Below are positions 59,801 through 64,000 of a stretch of DNA of 64,000 nt, one piece after another (position 1 is the first letter of the stretch; the number at the start of each line of letters is the position of its first letter). Under the pieces are notes generated by a model. That model was not told where the DNA came from, did no database searches, and worked only from the letters and a program-made list of their open reading frames with translations. This DNA comes from Auanema rhodensis (lineage: Eukaryota > Animalia > Nematoda). The position numbers and the translations under genes were made by a program. The stretch is from assembly GCA_964057225.1 (NCBI GenBank), contig OZ059896.1, forward strand, positions 620,001-684,000, read 5' to 3'.

Positions 59801-62800
59801 CATCACGTGTACATTTAATTAGCATAAATTAAAGTTCACGTAAATTTCAAAGTCATGGTTACCAAGCACCAATATCAATAAAAATTTGTTTTTAGACTAA
59901 TATGGACATGGGGAATCTAATTTTGAAAACCGCATCTCTTTATCTTTCACGTGAAGCGAGTTACATACCAAGTGCACATCACGTGTACATTTAATTAGCA
60001 TAAATTAAAGTTCACGTAAATTTCAAAGTCATGGTTACCATGAACCAATATCAATAAAAATTTGTTTTTAGACTAATATGGACATGGGGAATCTAATTTT
60101 GAAAACCGCATCTCTTTATCTTTCACGTGAAACGAGTTACATACCAAGTGCACATCACGTGTACATTTAATTAGCATAAATTAAAGTTCACGTAAATTTC
60201 AAAGTCATGGTTACCATGAACCAATATCAATAAAAATTTGTTTTTAGACTAATATGGACATGGGGAATCTAATTTTGAAAACCGCATCTCTTTATCTTTT
60301 ACGTGAAGCGAGTTACATACCAAGTGCACATCACGTGTACATTTAATTAGCATAAATTAAAGTTCACGTAAATTTCAAAGTCATGGTTACCAAGCACCAA
60401 TATCAATAAAAATTTGTTTTTAGACTAATATGGACATGGGGAATCTAATTTTGAAAACCGCATCTCTTTATCTTTCACGTGAAGCGAGTTACATACCAAG
60501 TGCACATTACCTGTACATTTAATTAGCATAATTAAAGTTCACGTAAATTTCAAAGTCATGGGTACCATGAACCAATATCAATAAAAATTTGTTTTTAGAC
60601 TAATATGGACATGGGGAATCTAATTTTGAAAACCGCATCTCTTTATCTTTCACGTGAAGCGAGTTACATACCAAGTGCACATCACGTGTACATTTAATTA
60701 GCATAAATTAAAATTCACGTAAATTTCAAAGTCATGGTTACCATGAACCAATATCAATGAAAATTTGTTTGTAGACTAATATGGACATGGGGAATCTAAT
60801 TTTGAAAACCGCATCTCTTTATCTTTCACGTGAAGCGAGTTACATACCAAGTGCACATCACGTGTACATTTAATTAGCATAAATTAAAGTTCACGTAAAT
60901 TTCAAAGTCATGGTTACCATGAACCAATATCAATAAAAATTTGTTTTTAGACTAATATGGACATGGGAAATCTAATTTTGAAAACCGCATCTCTTTATCT
61001 TTCACGTGAAGCGAGTTACATACCAAGTGCACATCACGTGTACATTTAATTAGCATAAATTAAAGTTCACGTAAATTTCAAAGTCATGGTTACCATGAAC
61101 CAATATCAATAAAAATTTGTTTTTAGACTAATATGGACATGGGAAATCTAATTTTGAAAACCGCATCTCTTTATCTTTCACGTGAAGCGAGTTACATACC
61201 AAGTGCACATCACGTGTACATATAATTAGCATAAATTAAAGTTCACGTAAATTTCAAAGTCATGGTTACCATGAACCAATATCAATAAAAATTTGTTTTT
61301 AGACTAATATGGACATGGGTAATCTAATTTTGAAAACCGCATCTCTTTATCTTTTACGTGAAGCGAGTTACATACCAAGTGCACATCACGTGTACATTTA
61401 ATTAGCATAAATTAAAGTTCACGTAAATTTCAAAGTCATGGTTACCAACCACCAATATCAATAAAAATTTGTTTTTAGACTAATATGGACATGGGGAATC
61501 TAATTTTGAAAACCGCATCTCTTTATCTTTCACGTGAAGCGAGTTACATACCAAGTGCACATTACCTGTACATTTAATTAGCATAATTAAAGTTCACGTA
61601 AATTTCAAAGTCATGGGTACCATGAACCAATATCAATAAAAATTTGTTTTTAGACTAATATGGACATGGGAAATCTAATTTTGAAAACCGCATCTCTTTA
61701 TCTTTCACGTGAAGCGAGTTACATACCAAGTGCACATCACGTGTACATATAATTAGCATAAATTAAAGTTCACGTAAATTTCAAAGTCATGGTTACCATG
61801 AACCAATATCAATAAAAATTTGTTTTTAGACTAATATGGACATGGGGAATCTAATTTTGAAAACCGCATCTCTTTATCTTTCACGTGAAGCGAGTTACAT
61901 ACCAAGTGCACATCACGTGTACATTTAATTAGCATAAATTAAAGTTCACGTAAATTTCAAAGTCATGGTTACCATGAACCAATATCAATAAAAATTTGTT
62001 TTTAGACTAATATGGACATGGGAAATCTAATTTTGAAAACCGCATCTCTTTATCTTTTACGTGAAACGAGTTACATACCAAGTGCACATCACGTGTACAT
62101 TTAATTAGCATAAATTAAAGTTCACGTAAATTTCAAAGTCATGGTTACCATGAACCAATATCAATAAAAATTTGTTTTTAGACTAATATGGACATGGGGA
62201 ATCTAATTTTGAAAACCGCATCTCTTTATCTTTTACGTGAAGCGAGTTACATACCAAGTGCACATCACGTGTACATTTAATTAGCATAAATTAAAGTTCA
62301 CGTAAATTTCAAAGTCATGGTTACCAAGCACCAATATCGATAAAAATTTGTTTTTAGACTAATATGGACATGGGGAATCTAATTTTGAAAACCGCATCTC
62401 TTTATCTTTCACGTGAAGCGAGTTACATACCAAGTGCACATCACGTGTACATATAATTAGCATAAATTAAAGTTCACGTAAATTTCAAAGTCATGGGTAC
62501 CATGAACCAATATCAAAAAAAATTTGTTTTTAGACTAATATGGACATGGGGAATCTAATTTTGAAAACCGCATCTCTTTATCTTTCACGTGAAGCGAGTT
62601 ACATACCAAGTGCACATCACGTGTACATTTAATTAGCATAAATTAAAGTTCACGTAAATTTCAAAGTCATGGTTACCATGAACCAATATCAATAAAAATT
62701 TGTTTTTAGACTAATATGGACATGGGAAATCTAATTTTGAAAACCGCATCTCTTTATCTTTTACGTGAAACGAGTTACATACCAAGTGCACATCACGTGT

Positions 62801-64000
62801 ACATTTAATTAGCATAAATTAAAGTTCACGTAAATTTCAAAGTCATGGTTACCATGAACCAATATCAATAAAATTTTGTTTTTAGACTAATATGGACATG
62901 GGGAATCTAATTTTGAAAACCGCATCTCTTTATCTTTTACGTGAAGCGAGTTACATACCAAGTGCACATCACGTGTACATTTAATTAGCATAAATTAAAG
63001 TTCACGTAAATTTCAAAGTCATGGTTACCAAGCACCAATATCGATAAAAATTTGTTTTTAGACTAATATGGACATGGGGAATCTAATTTTGAAAACCGCA
63101 TCTCTTTATCTTTCACGTGAAGCGAGTTACATACCAAGTGCACATTACCTGTACATTTAATTAGCATAATTAAAGTTCACGTAAATTTCAAAGTCATGGG
63201 TACCATGAACCAATATCAATAAAAATTTGTTTTTAGACTAATATGGACATGGGGAATCTAATTTTGAAAACCGCATCTCTTTATCTTTTACGTGAAGCGA
63301 GTTACATACCAAGTGCACATCACGTGTACATTTAATTAGCATAAATTAAAGTTCACGTAAATTTCAAAGTCATGGTTACCAAGCACCAATATCAATAAAA
63401 ATTTGTTTTTAGACTAATATGGACATGGGAAATCTAATTTTGAAAACCGCATCTCTTTATCTTTTACGTGAAACAAGTTACATACCAAGTGCACATCACG
63501 TGTACATTTAATTAGCATAAATTAAAGTTCACGTAAATTTCAAAGTCATGGTTACCATGAACCAATATCAATAAAAATTTGTTTTTAGACTAATATGGAC
63601 ATGGGGAATCTAATTTTGAAAACCGCATCTCTTTATCTTTTACGTGAAGCGAGTTACATACCAAGTGCACATCACGTGTACATTTAATTAGCATAAATTA
63701 AAGTTCACGTAAATTTCAAAGTCATGGTTACCAAGCACCAATATCAATAAAAATTTGTTTTTAGACTAATATGGACATGGGGAATCTAATTTTGAAAACC
63801 GCATCTCTTTATCTTTCACGTGAAGCGAGTTACATACCAAGTGCACATCACGTGTACATTTAATTAGCATAAATTAAAGTTCACGTAAACTTCAAAGTCA
63901 TGGGTACCATGAACCAATATCAATAAAAATTTGTTTTTAGACTAATATGGACATGGGGAATCTAATTTTGAAAACCGCATCTCTTTATCTTTCACGTGAA

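Larger units (their letters stand above)
1..64000. repeat. 176-bp AT-rich tandem satellite array (364 full monomers + partial), likely centromeric/pericentromeric or heterochromatic satDNA
   Basis: Consensus CCATG(C/A)ACCAATATCAATAAAAATTTGTTTTTAGACTAATATGGACATGGGGAATCTAATTTTGAAAACCGCATCTCTTTATCTTTCACGTGAAGCGAGTTACATACCAAGTGCACATCACGTGTACATTTAATTAGCATAAATTAAAGTTCACGTAAATTTCAAAGTCATGGTTA recurs at 1, 177, 353, 881 and onward to 63907. It has 57/176 G+C, and monomers usually differ from consensus by 0-5 substitutions. The array extends past both window edges. The centromeric assignment is inference from monomer length and homogeneity only. Confidence 0.99.

Noticed and set aside
1-64000. CRISPR array
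   Set aside because: There are no unique spacers. The entire 176-bp unit is repeated and there are no cas genes.
1-64000. 5S rDNA, tRNA, snRNA or spliced-leader tandem gene array
   Set aside because: No recognisable 5S, tRNA cloverleaf, Pol III A/B box or spliced-leader sequence in the monomer on either strand.
1-64000. Transposon insertion, inversion or hidden unique sequence
   Set aside because: Phase arithmetic accounts for every base (364 monomers, 18x1-bp and 4x35-bp deletions), and the orientation never flips.
1-64000. Sequencing or assembly concatemer artefact (e.g. rolling-circle read)
   Set aside because: Variants form consistent multi-SNP haplotypes in ordered blocks with almost no homopolymer indels, which does not fit random read error. 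Collapse or expansion of individual HOR copies cannot be excluded.

Overview
The whole 64 kb window is one uninterrupted, head-to-tail, single-orientation tandem array of an AT-rich (~32% GC) 176-bp satellite, i.e. eukaryotic (peri)centromeric or heterochromatic-type satDNA. I cannot identify the species or family. Taking CCATG at position 1 as the phase origin, there are 364 complete monomers plus a 94-bp partial (63907-64000). The arithmetic closes exactly with 18 single-base deletions and four identical 35-bp deletions (63906+18+140 = 364x176). I see no genes, RNA genes, transposon insertions, inversions or CRISPR spacers, and the five 60-aa ORFs are artefacts of SNPs that remove one stop codon. 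The informative structure is at two scales. (1) Within the monomer: a dense set of dyad symmetries, including a 37-bp imperfect stem-loop that two independent variants improve, and three TCACGT/E-box motifs spaced 32-33 bp apart. (2) Across the array: layered variant domains with local, non-fixed higher-order duplications (8, 9, 11, 13 and 15/16 monomers), a 141-bp deletion monomer whose full-length parent haplotype is still present, and recombinant monomers that map crossover points. I found no evidence of a new protein-coding system.
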